Source of the DNA: an uncultured Bacteroidales bacterium
GTDB taxonomy: Bacteria > Bacteroidota > Bacteroidia > Bacteroidales > ML635J-15
DNA length: 64,000 nt
Direction of reading: 5' to 3'
NCBI GenBank assembly: GCA_937899245.1
Contig: CALDKB010000054.1
Location: 24,674 to 88,673 of the forward strand
Part shown: one piece after another, positions 55,522 to 64,000 of the stretch
Position numbering within the stretch: the stretch's first letter is position 1
Layout of the letters: each line of letters begins with the position of its first letter
Notes under the pieces: generated by a model
The model's input: only the letters and a program-made list of their open reading frames with translations
What the model was told of the DNA's origin: nothing
Databases searched by the model: none
Made by a program: the position numbers and the translations under genes

Positions 55522-56592
55522 TCATTCAATAATGCTTTCGTTGTTGTCCGAATGCTTGGCCTTGTTGCTAATTACAAGTTCGTTGTTGGCGTTTGCGTAG
55601 CAATACACGCATAGGTGCCGGCAGGTGTTGTACATGCCGATGTCTTTGCTTATCATGCATCCGCAGGCCTTGCGTTGACCTTTGTCCTTTAGCTTTTGCT
55701 CGCTTAGTGGCGGTAGCGAAAAGTCGCTGGCGAAAAGGGAACTTTTTTCAGGCAGCTTGCCAAAATGCAGATAATACAGTAGATCTTTGTCGTCGTTCCA
55801 CAGGTTTTTTATAAGTTCAGGATCGATGCATCTGTTGTGCTCTATGCCATATTTTGCGAGGTCTATCGGCTCTCCGCATGTTGCAAGCTTGAGTTCCCAG
55901 CCGTCCGAACTCCAGCGTTCTCGGCATTTTGCAAGTCCATCGGCGATTTCGTTCATCTGTGTTTCGGAAAATTCACAGTTCGCAATATTTTCCTTGTCGA
56001 AACTATTCGTCTCTTTTATTAGATTGTTCTGAACTTTTTTGTAGCAGTTGATGTCGATGAAGCTAAATACAAGTTTGTCGGTGCATCCTTTAATCTGGTT
56101 TCCAGTTTTCCATATTTTCTTCAGTAGGTCGCGAGGAGATAGTTCGGGCGTAATTATAAGAGGGTCGAAGCGCCAAATGATTCGTTCCTTACCAATTCTT
56201 TCGGACAATTCCTTGAAAGTTGCGATACGTTCTGACAGCTTCGGCACATTGGGTTCGAATCTTTCTTCGTCGTAATCGTTCATTGTGAATTGAAAGTAGT
56301 AGTGTATTCCCCGTTCGTCAAGTTCGTGTAGGTATGGCATAAGTGGACGCGGGTTTTTTGTCCAGAAAACAACAACTTTGCACTTGTCGAAGCAAACTTT
56401 TGTGGGCTTCTGGTTGAAAGGATTATACCAGATGCAGTATCCTGCTTTAAGCCGGTTGATAAACCATTTTGCGTAAAATGCAGGAATGTCTGTCGAACGT
56501 GAGGCTGAAATTATAACTGGTGATGTGGTGTTGATTTCTAAAGTTTTGTTCATAGTGTTTCCCTTCATTTTGGGGTTAGTCAAGAAGTTCAT
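55522..56592 (-). CDS. DUF1848-family protein (Cys-cluster, radical-SAM-like)
   Basis: Contains ISASRSTDIPAFYAKWFINRLKAGY and the C-terminal CGCMISKDIGMYNTCRHLCVYCYAN. The likely real start is MNKTLEI at 56553. It overlaps or abuts the upstream FGase-like gene. Confidence 0.7.
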   Translation of the reverse strand: MNFLTNPKMKGNTMNKTLEINTTSPVIISASRSTDIPAFYAKWFINRLKAGYCIWYNPFNQKPTKVCFDKCKVVVFWTKNPRPLMPYLHELDERGIHYYFQFTMNDYDEERFEPNVPKLSERIATFKELSERIGKERIIWRFDPLIITPELSPRDLLKKIWKTGNQIKGCTDKLVFSFIDINCYKKVQNNLIKETNSFDKENIANCEFSETQMNEIADGLAKCRERWSSDGWELKLATCGEPIDLAKYGIEHNRCIDPELIKNLWNDDKDLLYYLHFGKLPEKSSLFASDFSLPPLSEQKLKDKGQRKACGCMISKDIGMYNTCRHLCVYCYANANNELVISNKAKHSDNNESIIE

Positions 56593-57277
56593 GGTATATG
56601 TCTTCCATGATTTCAGATATTTTCAATGATTTTCTATCGGTACGCAATTGCATTGTGTTTTCGTTTAAATATGCCTTTTTGTTCACTTCAACCATTAGTG
56701 AATGGTAAGAGAATTCGCATAGTGGTGATATTGAATTGGAATATGGATTGTTGATCCCGACTTTATATCCATGTTTTTCAAATTTGTTGTAGACCATGTC
56801 AACAATGTTGTCGCCAGGGTATGACCAGTCTTTGTTGAACCCTATGCAAATGTCCGCCTCGCTTATATTGCTGGGGAATGAGTGGCAATCGATTATGATG
56901 GAATCGGCAGACAACGTTTTTATAAGTTTGTCTTGGTGTTGTTTCCATATTCCTAGCAATGTTTTTTTTACTGAAGTCGGTACTTCTCGATGAAACCCTG
57001 CAAAGTCGCTGTATATTATTCCTTGTCCGATTTTTTCCATTGGATCGTCCCACAGGCGTTCTGCATCAACAATGAACCGCGAATATGGGAATCGTACGAC
57101 CTTAAGGTTTGAAACAGAGTTGAATGCAAACACAAAGTCGGTGTACCAGTCGGTTAGCTTGATTACGGATTCGTTGATAAATTTTGGGTTGTTTGGCCAG
57201 AAACTAAGATTTTTGTCGGCAATTCCTTCTATTGAGGAATGAGGTACGTGAAGTACAATATATTTAATGTTGTTCAT
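56576..57277 (-). CDS. N-formylglutamate amidohydrolase (FGase, PF05013)-like protein
   Basis: 233 aa. Contains YIVLHVPHSS..IP, FVDAERL and IIIDCHSF, consistent with the metal-dependent FGase fold. Confidence 0.6.
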   Translation of the reverse strand: MNNIKYIVLHVPHSSIEGIADKNLSFWPNNPKFINESVIKLTDWYTDFVFAFNSVSNLKVVRFPYSRFIVDAERLWDDPMEKIGQGIIYSDFAGFHREVPTSVKKTLLGIWKQHQDKLIKTLSADSIIIDCHSFPSNISEADICIGFNKDWSYPGDNIVDMVYNKFEKHGYKVGINNPYSNSISPLCEFSYHSLMVEVNKKAYLNENTMQLRTDRKSLKISEIMEDIYHELLD

Positions 57278-57466
57278 ATCGTTATGTTTTTTGTTTCAAT
57301 AAACACTCATCGTAAAAACCACCGTGGCATAACAACTCGGTTGGTGCACAATTGTGCTCTTGATGGATGTTGCAAAGATACGAAAGATTTCGTGTTATTT
57401 TTTGATTTGGCAGAATTTTTCGAAACAGGTTGCTTGTGTGGATATTTCATTGTACCTTTACAAAAA

Positions 57467-58366
57467 ATGGCGTTGATGAAAACCTTGTGCATCTTTAATC
57501 CCGAGCATGACTTGTGCCTGGCCAATGGCGACAAAAATTATGTACCACCGCGTTCTGCAATGAAATTTGCAGATGCTGCACACCATGTAATGGGGGTGAT
57601 GTACGATGCATGTACGGCCTCAATGAATTCTATTCCGCAGGAAGTAATTGGTAGTTTTGCAGATTATGAAATCGTTCCTTGGGGGTGGAATGCAATGTTG
57701 AAGCAATCGCTCGTGCGTATTGGTTATCCTGAAAATATGCTTCCCGACGATGCTTTTGTGGCTTTCGTTCGCAAGATGCAGAATCGAGCGTCATTTCTTC
57801 CGCATATGGCGGATAGCAGTTTTGTTGACAGGGTGTCGGACATAGAACTGCTGCACTTAAAATATGGAAATTTGGTCTTGAAGGCTCCTTGGTCTGGCTC
57901 GGGGCGTGGAATTCATCTGGTTAGGCGCAGCCTCAAGCCAAATGATTATGCCTGGACGGAGAAAATCATTGAAGCGCAGGGTGGTGTTCTTGTGGAGCCA
58001 TTTCGTGATATTGCGATGGAATTCGCCTTGGAATACAGTAATGGTGAATTTGTAGGATATTCGCTGTTTTCGTCGCAAAGTTGTGTCTATAAGTTCAATA
58101 TTCTTCTTAATGATAACGAAATAGAGGATTTGATTTCAGCAAAAACATCTTTGCTTGTACAGAAGCGAACCGAATTGGAAAAGTGGTTGCGACTTAATGT
58201 TTTCCCTCGTTATAATGGTCCTCTTGGTGTAGATATGTATGTGGATTATTCTGGCAATTTATATGTTAGTGAGATGAATTTGCGACATACTATAGGCCAT
58301 TTGGCGCATGCTTTTTTACTGCATAATCCGCAAATGCACAATGAGAAATTTTCAATAGGTACATAA
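57467..58366 (+). CDS. conserved hypothetical protein, possibly with an ATP-grasp-like fold
   Basis: 299 aa from MALMKTLCIFNPEHD (atg at 57467). It contains LVLKAPWSGSGRGI and a C-terminal GPLGVDMYV...EMNLRHT segment reminiscent of ATP-grasp. The family assignment is uncertain. Confidence 0.45.
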   Translation: MALMKTLCIFNPEHDLCLANGDKNYVPPRSAMKFADAAHHVMGVMYDACTASMNSIPQEVIGSFADYEIVPWGWNAMLKQSLVRIGYPENMLPDDAFVAFVRKMQNRASFLPHMADSSFVDRVSDIELLHLKYGNLVLKAPWSGSGRGIHLVRRSLKPNDYAWTEKIIEAQGGVLVEPFRDIAMEFALEYSNGEFVGYSLFSSQSCVYKFNILLNDNEIEDLISAKTSLLVQKRTELEKWLRLNVFPRYNGPLGVDMYVDYSGNLYVSEMNLRHTIGHLAHAFLLHNPQMHNEKFSIGT

Positions 58367-58370
58367 AAAA

Positions 58371-58398
58371 AGAGGAAATTGGAAAACCAATTTCCTCT
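58371..58398. terminator. bidirectional terminator between convergent genes
   Basis: A7-agaggaaattgg-aaaa-ccaatttcctct, a 12-bp perfect stem. Confidence 0.7.
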
Positions 58399-58418
58399 TA
58401 GTGTTTTTGAATATCTGA

Positions 58419-59519
58419 TTATTTGTATTCTCTAACAGTTCCTGTTCCGTTGAGTACTTCGTTTCCGCAGATTGCAAGGGCATACATTTCGTTTTCGCCT
58501 TTGTAGATCTTAACGTTAGGAGTAATCCAGTTGACCTGTTCAGTAATCTGAGCCATCCAAGGTTTGCTGTATGCGATTCCACCTGTGAGGATGATAGCGT
58601 CAACTTTACCTTTAACGACAGCAGCAAGACGGCTGATTTCCAATGCAACCTGATAGCAGAATGCGTCAACAAGGAGTTTGCTCTTCGGGTCACCGTTCAA
58701 TGCGTCAACTTCAACTTTATAAGCATCGTTGGTGCCAAGGTAAGCGACAAAACCGCCTTCAGCAGTAATCATCTTTTTTACCTTTGCCATGTCGTATTTT
58801 CCGCTGAAGCAAACTTCAATAAGCTTGCTGGCATTGATGGAGCCGGCACGAGTAGGAGAGAATGCGCCAAGTCCGCAAAGAGCGCGGTTTACTTCAACGC
58901 AGCGTCCGTGTTCGTGAACACCGATAGAAACGCCACCACCCATATGTGCGATGATGAGGTTGAGGTCTTCGTATTTCTTTCCGATTTCGCGGGCATACAA
59001 TTTTGCTGTCATTTTCTGGTTCAAGCAATGCCAGATAACACCTTCGCGCTTAGGGTCAAGGTCGAATTCTGGATGTCCTGTTATTTTAGCGTATTCCGGA
59101 CGTTCGTCAACAATACCCGGGTCGGCGATATATGCACATCCGAGACCGATTTCCTTTGCAATGCTGTCGGAAATAATAGCACCGAGGTTGCATGCGTGCT
59201 TTCCCTGAATACCAGCGCGGCATTCTTCAAGCATAAGTTCGTTAACTCGATATGTTCCAGATACACAAGGGCGAGTAAGACCGCCACGACCTACAACGAT
59301 AGCTATTTCGTCGGTTGATATGCCGTGTTTCTTTACCATGTCAAGAATAGCTTTCTTGCGATATTCGAACTGATCGGCTACTTCCTTGAACTGTTGGATT
59401 TCCTCAATCGGGTGCTTTATGTTTTCGGTGAAGATTTCGGTTTCACCTTCAAAGATTGATGCCTTTGTTGAAGTAGCTCCCGGATTGATTATTAAGCTTT
59501 TGTTCTTTTTAATTTCCAT
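58419..59519 (-). CDS. buk: butyrate kinase
   Basis: 366 aa. Contains LIINPGATSTKASIF, HMGGGVSIG and ILTGGIAYS. Confidence 0.9.
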   Translation of the reverse strand: MEIKKNKSLIINPGATSTKASIFEGETEIFTENIKHPIEEIQQFKEVADQFEYRKKAILDMVKKHGISTDEIAIVVGRGGLTRPCVSGTYRVNELMLEECRAGIQGKHACNLGAIISDSIAKEIGLGCAYIADPGIVDERPEYAKITGHPEFDLDPKREGVIWHCLNQKMTAKLYAREIGKKYEDLNLIIAHMGGGVSIGVHEHGRCVEVNRALCGLGAFSPTRAGSINASKLIEVCFSGKYDMAKVKKMITAEGGFVAYLGTNDAYKVEVDALNGDPKSKLLVDAFCYQVALEISRLAAVVKGKVDAIILTGGIAYSKPWMAQITEQVNWITPNVKIYKGENEMYALAICGNEVLNGTGTVREYK

Positions 59520-59541
59520 ATGATTTAGTGTTAATGATTAC

Positions 59542-60450
59542 TTATTTGGCAGCAAGAGCAGCAAGCGCTATTGAGTACATCTTGGATTTTGCTGAGTCAC
59601 CGCGAGATGTAAGAACGCACGGTACCTTGGCACCCATAACCATTGCGCCGAGGTTTCCGCCACCGAATTTGGTTATGCTCTTGTAGAATACATTTCCTGA
59701 TTCAATGTTCGGGAAAACTATGCAGTCTGCGTCACCTGCAACAGGGCTGGTGAGTTTCTTTGTCTGTGCACATTCCTTGTTGATTGATACGTCCAATGCA
59801 AGAGGTCCGTCAACCATAGCACCTTTTATCTGTCCGCGTTCCGACATCTTTGCGATTATGGCGGCGTCTACGCATGCCTGCATGCCAGGAAGCATCTGTT
59901 CGGTGGCTGCAAGAATGGCAACCTTTGGTGTTTCGATTTGCAAAGATTTAGCAACCTTAATGACATAGTTGCAGATGGCAATCTTCTGATTTAAGTCTGG
60001 CAATGGAATGATTGCAACGTCACCGGCAACCAATAGCTTGTGGTAAGATGGAATTTCGAAAACCGTTACGTGTGAAAGAACAGCCTTCGGTCCTGGCATT
60101 AAACCACTTTCCTTGTTCAAGATTGCACGCATGTACTTGTCGGTGCTCAGAAGGCCTTTCATGAGGATGTCGCCTTCGCCTTTGTTGATAAGAGAAACTG
60201 CTACTGCTCCAGCCTTGTTTTCATCTGCTTCCTGAACGATGCGGAACTTGTTAACGTCGAAATTGTGACGAGCACAAACTTCCTTGATAGTTGCTTCATC
60301 ACCAACTAGTGTGCCTTCGATAATGCCTTCTTGAATTGCATTGTAAACTGCTTCGATTGTGTGGTCGTCGTTTGCGTAAGCCGCAACTAGTCTTTTCTTT
60401 TCTCTAGTCTTGAGGACGGTTAGAACGTCATCTAATTTTTTTATATCCAT
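59542..60450 (-). CDS. ptb: phosphate butyryltransferase
   Basis: About 302 aa from MDIKKLDDVL (cat at 60448-60450). PTA_PTB family, with KRLVAAYANDDHTIEAV and ILMKG. The 36-codon ORF-track extension is spurious. Confidence 0.85.
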   Translation of the reverse strand: MDIKKLDDVLTVLKTREKKRLVAAYANDDHTIEAVYNAIQEGIIEGTLVGDEATIKEVCARHNFDVNKFRIVQEADENKAGAVAVSLINKGEGDILMKGLLSTDKYMRAILNKESGLMPGPKAVLSHVTVFEIPSYHKLLVAGDVAIIPLPDLNQKIAICNYVIKVAKSLQIETPKVAILAATEQMLPGMQACVDAAIIAKMSERGQIKGAMVDGPLALDVSINKECAQTKKLTSPVAGDADCIVFPNIESGNVFYKSITKFGGGNLGAMVMGAKVPCVLTSRGDSAKSKMYSIALAALAAK

Positions 60451-60792
60451 GATAATTTTATAATTATTAATTTTTGTCTTCCTTTTGAGTGCCACTAAAA
60501 TAGTAATTTTTTTGTGAAACAAATTTCCATATCTGCTTTTTTTTTTAATAGTTGGCATTAGATATTTGTTAATAATTCTCTAAAGTCAACACTTATAGCA
60601 AGTTCACTTTGCATAAATTGAAAAAAAATGTTTAAAAACATTGTGCTTAGTTGCTTGACCCGGACTTGGCGTGTCGAATTTAATGCCGTTTTCTTTTGTT
60701 TGCGCTTATATAATATAGGTAATCGGCTTAAGATGGAAAAGCATTTTAAACTCATTTAACAAAAACTAGGATTTTTCATTTTGTAATTTGTT

Positions 60793-60800
60793 TATCTTTG
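60793..60800 (+). promoter_or_regulatory. Bacteroidota -7 box (TAnnTTTG) for the GT2 gene
   Basis: tatctttg lies 15 nt upstream of the ATG at 60816. Confidence 0.4.
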
Positions 60801-60815
60801 CAAAAAAATCATAGT

Positions 60816-61769
60816 ATGGATATTTCTGTAGTTGTTCCATTATATAATGAGGAGGAATCCTTGCCGGAATTGTGCGAATGGATAGTTCGCGTGATGAATG
60901 AAAATTCGTTTTCGTATGAAATTTTGTTTGTTGATGATGGCAGTACCGACGGTTCTTGGAAAGTTGTCAACGAATTGAAGACGAAGCATGAGCAGATCCG
61001 AGGCATTTCCTTCCGTCGCAATTATGGCAAGTCGGCTGCATTGCAGGTCGGTTTTCAGGCTGCCAAAGGCGATGTTGTCATTACGATGGATGCCGACATG
61101 CAGGATAGCCCCGATGAAGTGCCCGAACTTTACCGCATGATAAAGGACGACGGCTACGATTTGGTTTCCGGATGGAAGAAAAAGCGTTACGACAATACAT
61201 TTACCAAAAACATACCTTCGAAGATATATAATGCAACTGCTCGCCGTGTGACTGGCTTGAAGCTTCACGATATGAATTGCGGCTTGAAAGCATATCGAAA
61301 TAAAGTCATCAAGAATATTGAAATTTATGGCGAGATGCATCGATATATTCCATATCTGGCAAAAAATGCTGGTTTTACAAAAATAGGAGAGAAGGTTGTC
61401 GAGCATCGTAAGCGCCAGTTCGGCGTTTCTAAGTTTGGATTGGACAGGTTTGTACATGGTTACCTCGATTTGTTCTCGTTGTACTTCCTGTCGCGTTTCG
61501 GAAAACGCCCCATGCACTTCTTCGGCTTGTGGGGAAGCGTGATGTTTATAATTGGCTTTGTCGCTATTTGTGTTGTCGGTGGTATCAAGATTGCAGCATT
61601 GTGCAATCACACTCCGGCTCCTCTCGTAACCGATACGGCGTATTTCTATCTCGCACTCGTTATGATGATTCTTGGCACTCAGATGTTCCTTTCCGGCTTT
61701 GTCGGTGAGATGATTTCGCGAAATTCAACAATCAGGAACGATTATCAGATAGAGGAAACTATCGACTAA
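60816..61769 (+). CDS. GT2 polyprenyl-phosphate glycosyltransferase (GtrB/ArnC/DPM1-like)
   Basis: Contains ISVVVPLYNEEESL, FVDDGSTDGS, TMDADMQDSP and two C-terminal TM helices. Confidence 0.8.
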   Translation: MDISVVVPLYNEEESLPELCEWIVRVMNENSFSYEILFVDDGSTDGSWKVVNELKTKHEQIRGISFRRNYGKSAALQVGFQAAKGDVVITMDADMQDSPDEVPELYRMIKDDGYDLVSGWKKKRYDNTFTKNIPSKIYNATARRVTGLKLHDMNCGLKAYRNKVIKNIEIYGEMHRYIPYLAKNAGFTKIGEKVVEHRKRQFGVSKFGLDRFVHGYLDLFSLYFLSRFGKRPMHFFGLWGSVMFIIGFVAICVVGGIKIAALCNHTPAPLVTDTAYFYLALVMMILGTQMFLSGFVGEMISRNSTIRNDYQIEETID

Positions 61770-61945
61770 TCAGTCTGATTCCATAAATTACATGATGTAA
61801 AAGCAATGTGCCCGGTATGTTTGAAAAGCATATCGACATTGTTGTTAATATGTTTATAAAACATATTTTTTTGTCTTTTGTATTTCAAGGCAAAAAATTA
61901 TTTTTGGAAATCAAAATTTTAGAATAACTAAATTGAAATAATACA

Positions 61946-62956
61946 ATGGATTTAATTCAAGAAATTATCAAGAACGCACAGGCAAACAAGCAGCGCATTG
62001 TGCTCCCAGAAGGTGATGAACCACGTACATTAAAGGCAGCAGACCAAATTATTGCAGACGGAATCGCAGACGTTATCCTAATCGGTCCGGCTCAAAAAAT
62101 AGCAGATATGACTGCTGAATTTGGTCTTAAGAATATCGGTAAGGCTCGTATCATCGATCCTAAGAATAATCCCGATAAGCAGAAATATGCTGAAATGCTT
62201 TACGAAATCCGCAAGGCAAAAGGTATGACCATGGAACAGGCTGAAGGTTTGGCTGAGAACTTCATGTACCTCGGTATACTTTTGGTTAAGGCTGGTGAGG
62301 CCGACGGCTTGGTTAGTGGCGCTCGTTCAACTACTGGCGATATGTTGCGTCCGGCTTTGCAGATTATTAAGACCGTTCCTGGCGTAAGTTGTGTTTCTGG
62401 TGCTTTCATTATGTTCCTTCCGGAAGGAAGCAAGTACGGTACCGACGGCAAGATGGTTTTCGCCGACTGCGCCGTTACTCCAATGCCAGATGCAAAGCAG
62501 CTTGCCGAAATCGCAATCTGTACTGCTGATACAGCAAAGAACATTGCAAAGATCGACCCTGCTGTTGCAATCCTCAGTTTCTCTACAAAGGGCTCCGCAA
62601 AGCACGAAGTTGTTGACAAGGTTATTGAAGCTACAAGATTGGCACAGGAAGCACGTCCAGACCTTCTTCTCGACGGCGAACTCCAGGCTGATGCAGCTAT
62701 CGTTCCATCTGTAGGTTCTAGCAAGGCTCCTAACAGCAAGGTTGCTGGCAAGGCCAACACATTGGTATTCCCATGCCTCGAAGTTGGTAATATCGCTTAC
62801 AAGCTCGTTCAGCGTTTGGCTGGTGCAGAGGCTGTAGGTCCAGTTCTACAAGGTCTTGCAAAGCCATGTAACGACTTGAGCCGCGGATGTTCTGTAGAAG
62901 ACGTTTACAAACTTGTTGCTATCACTTGCAACCAGGCAATTGCTCAGAAAAAATAA
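61946..62956 (+). CDS. pta: phosphate acetyltransferase
   Basis: 336 aa. Contains RIVLPEGDEPRTLKAA, DGLVSGA and NTLVFP.LE.GNI.YK. Confidence 0.9.
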   Translation: MDLIQEIIKNAQANKQRIVLPEGDEPRTLKAADQIIADGIADVILIGPAQKIADMTAEFGLKNIGKARIIDPKNNPDKQKYAEMLYEIRKAKGMTMEQAEGLAENFMYLGILLVKAGEADGLVSGARSTTGDMLRPALQIIKTVPGVSCVSGAFIMFLPEGSKYGTDGKMVFADCAVTPMPDAKQLAEIAICTADTAKNIAKIDPAVAILSFSTKGSAKHEVVDKVIEATRLAQEARPDLLLDGELQADAAIVPSVGSSKAPNSKVAGKANTLVFPCLEVGNIAYKLVQRLAGAEAVGPVLQGLAKPCNDLSRGCSVEDVYKLVAITCNQAIAQKK

Positions 62957-62979
62957 TCATTAACAAAATATTTTAAAGA

Positions 62980-64000
62980 ATGAAGATATTAGTATTAAAC
63001 TGCGGTAGTTCGTCAATAAAATATCAGCTCATCAACCTTGGCGCAAACAACGAATCTATCGTAATGGCAAAAGGTCTTCTCGAAAGAATAGGCCTCGAAA
63101 TGGGTGAATTCACTCACAAGTACAACGGTCAGAAGCATTATGAACAAGTTCCTATCAAGGACCATACAGAAGGTATAAAGATGGTTTTGAAGGCTCTTGT
63201 TGACCCGGAAATGGGCGTAATAAAGGACCTTAAGGAAATCGAAGCTGTTGGTAACCGCGTTGCTCACGGTGGAGAACTTTTCAAAGGCAGCTGCCTCGTT
63301 AACGATGAAGTTATCGAAAAGATTAAATCTCTTGCAGATCTTGCTCCTTTGCACACTCCTGGCAACTTGGCTGGTATCTACGCTATGCGCGAAGTATTGC
63401 CAAATGTTCCTCAGTCTGTTGTTTTTGATACTGCTTTCCATCAGACACTTCCTCCTAAGTCGTACTTGTATGGTTTGCCATACGAATATTATGAGAAATA
63501 TCATCTCCGTCGTTACGGCTTCCACGGAACAAGCCATCGCTTTGTTGCTGAAAAGGCTGCAAAGATGGTCGGCAAGAATTGGGAAGACCTTAAGATTATC
63601 AGCTGCCACTTGGGTAGCGGTGCTTCAATAGCAGCAATCGACCACGGAAAGTCTGTCGACACAACTATGGGTCTTACTGCTTTGGAAGGCCTTGTTATGG
63701 GTAGCCGTCCTGGCGATGTCGATCCGGGTGCAATTCTTTTCGTAATCGAAAAGGAACTTGCTGCTGGCAAGACAATGAAGGATATAACAAACATCATTTA
63801 CAAGAAGAGCGGTCTGGTTGGTATCAGCGGCGGTAAGCAGGATATGCGTGACATTCGCGCTGGCCGTGATGCTGGTGACGAACGTAGCACATACGCTTTC
63901 GATATGTTTGCTCAGAGAGTAAAACGTTATATCGGTGGTTACATGGCTGAAATGGGTGGATGCGACATCTTGTTGTTCACAGGTGGTATTGGCGAAAATG
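62980..64000 (+). CDS. ackA: acetate kinase, N-terminal ~340 codons; runs off the right edge
   Basis: My own translation from the atg at 62980 gives MKILVLNCGSSSIKYQLINL...VGNRVAHGGELF...FDTAFHQTLP...YGFHGTSH. It is absent from the ORF track because there is no stop in the window. Confidence 0.9.
   Translation, partial: MKILVLNCGSSSIKYQLINLGANNESIVMAKGLLERIGLEMGEFTHKYNGQKHYEQVPIKDHTEGIKMVLKALVDPEMGVIKDLKEIEAVGNRVAHGGELFKGSCLVNDEVIEKIKSLADLAPLHTPGNLAGIYAMREVLPNVPQSVVFDTAFHQTLPPKSYLYGLPYEYYEKYHLRRYGFHGTSHRFVAEKAAKMVGKNWEDLKIISCHLGSGASIAAIDHGKSVDTTMGLTALEGLVMGSRPGDVDPGAILFVIEKELAAGKTMKDITNIIYKKSGLVGISGGKQDMRDIRAGRDAGDERSTYAFDMFAQRVKRYIGGYMAEMGGCDILLFTGGIGEN

Noticed and set aside
54991-55614. 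207-aa plus-strand ORF
   Set aside because: It is antisense to the PduO-type adenosyltransferase gene and runs into the DUF1848 gene's 3' end. Its sequence is low-complexity.
60840-61610. 256-aa minus-strand ORF
   Set aside because: It is antisense to the GT2 gene, which has clear DxD and Rossmann-like motifs. The antisense ORF has no motifs.
62200-63609. 186-aa and 198-aa minus-strand ORFs
   Set aside because: They are antisense to pta and ackA, both of which are unambiguous.

Overview
The window reads as a chromosomal segment of a Bacteroidota (Bacteroidales-like) genome. Supporting evidence: T9SS type A and type B C-terminal sorting domains, TAnnTTTG -7 promoter boxes a short distance upstream of several starts, lipoprotein-rich gene content, and FISUMP, DUF4296 and DUF2461 families.

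Most of it is densely packed housekeeping:
- Core metabolism and translation: ispG, dapF, pepP, lepA, cutC, manC-like, a pgk-like gene, ybaK, tRNA-Asn.
- Membrane and lipid transport: mlaEF, an AsmA-like protein.
- DNA damage tolerance: umuDC.
- Fermentation: ptb-buk and pta-ackA.
- Secreted and surface proteins: two giant SprB-repeat adhesins with type B T9SS tails, a CotH/LTD protein with a type A tail, a BspA-like LRR protein, a LysM transglycosylase, and C69, C1 and M3 peptidases.

The one clearly non-core stretch is an AT-rich ~5.4 kb island (about 37.05-42.45 kb) between manC and mlaE. It consists of two tandem ~2.55 kb cassettes on the minus strand. Each cassette has:
- a ~250 nt promoter and leader that is almost identical between the copies and folds into four hairpins;
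- a Cys-rich 39/41-codon mini-ORF inside that leader;
- a small secreted protein (a 6-Cys lipoprotein in one cassette; broken by a frameshift and a stop in the other);
- a large secreted protein carrying a C-terminal CxxC motif;
- a short relic ORF and a conserved terminal hairpin.

The non-coding leader is about 98% identical between cassettes while the coding parts have diverged almost beyond recognition. I consider this the best candidate for an undescribed system. Its function is unknown, and a redox or disulfide-related role for secreted proteins is only an inference.

Other points worth a second look:
- clusters of Bacteroidota REP-like intergenic elements around the dcp/DUF2461/umuC genes;
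- an HD-phosphohydrolase-umuD-umuC operon;
- a DUF1848/FGase-like/ATP-grasp-like gene trio;
- a divergent PGK;
- type B T9SS cargo with no adjacent PorP/SprF gene.

I found no CRISPR array, rRNA, transposase or integrase. Several long ORF-track entries are antisense artefacts or spurious N-terminal extensions.
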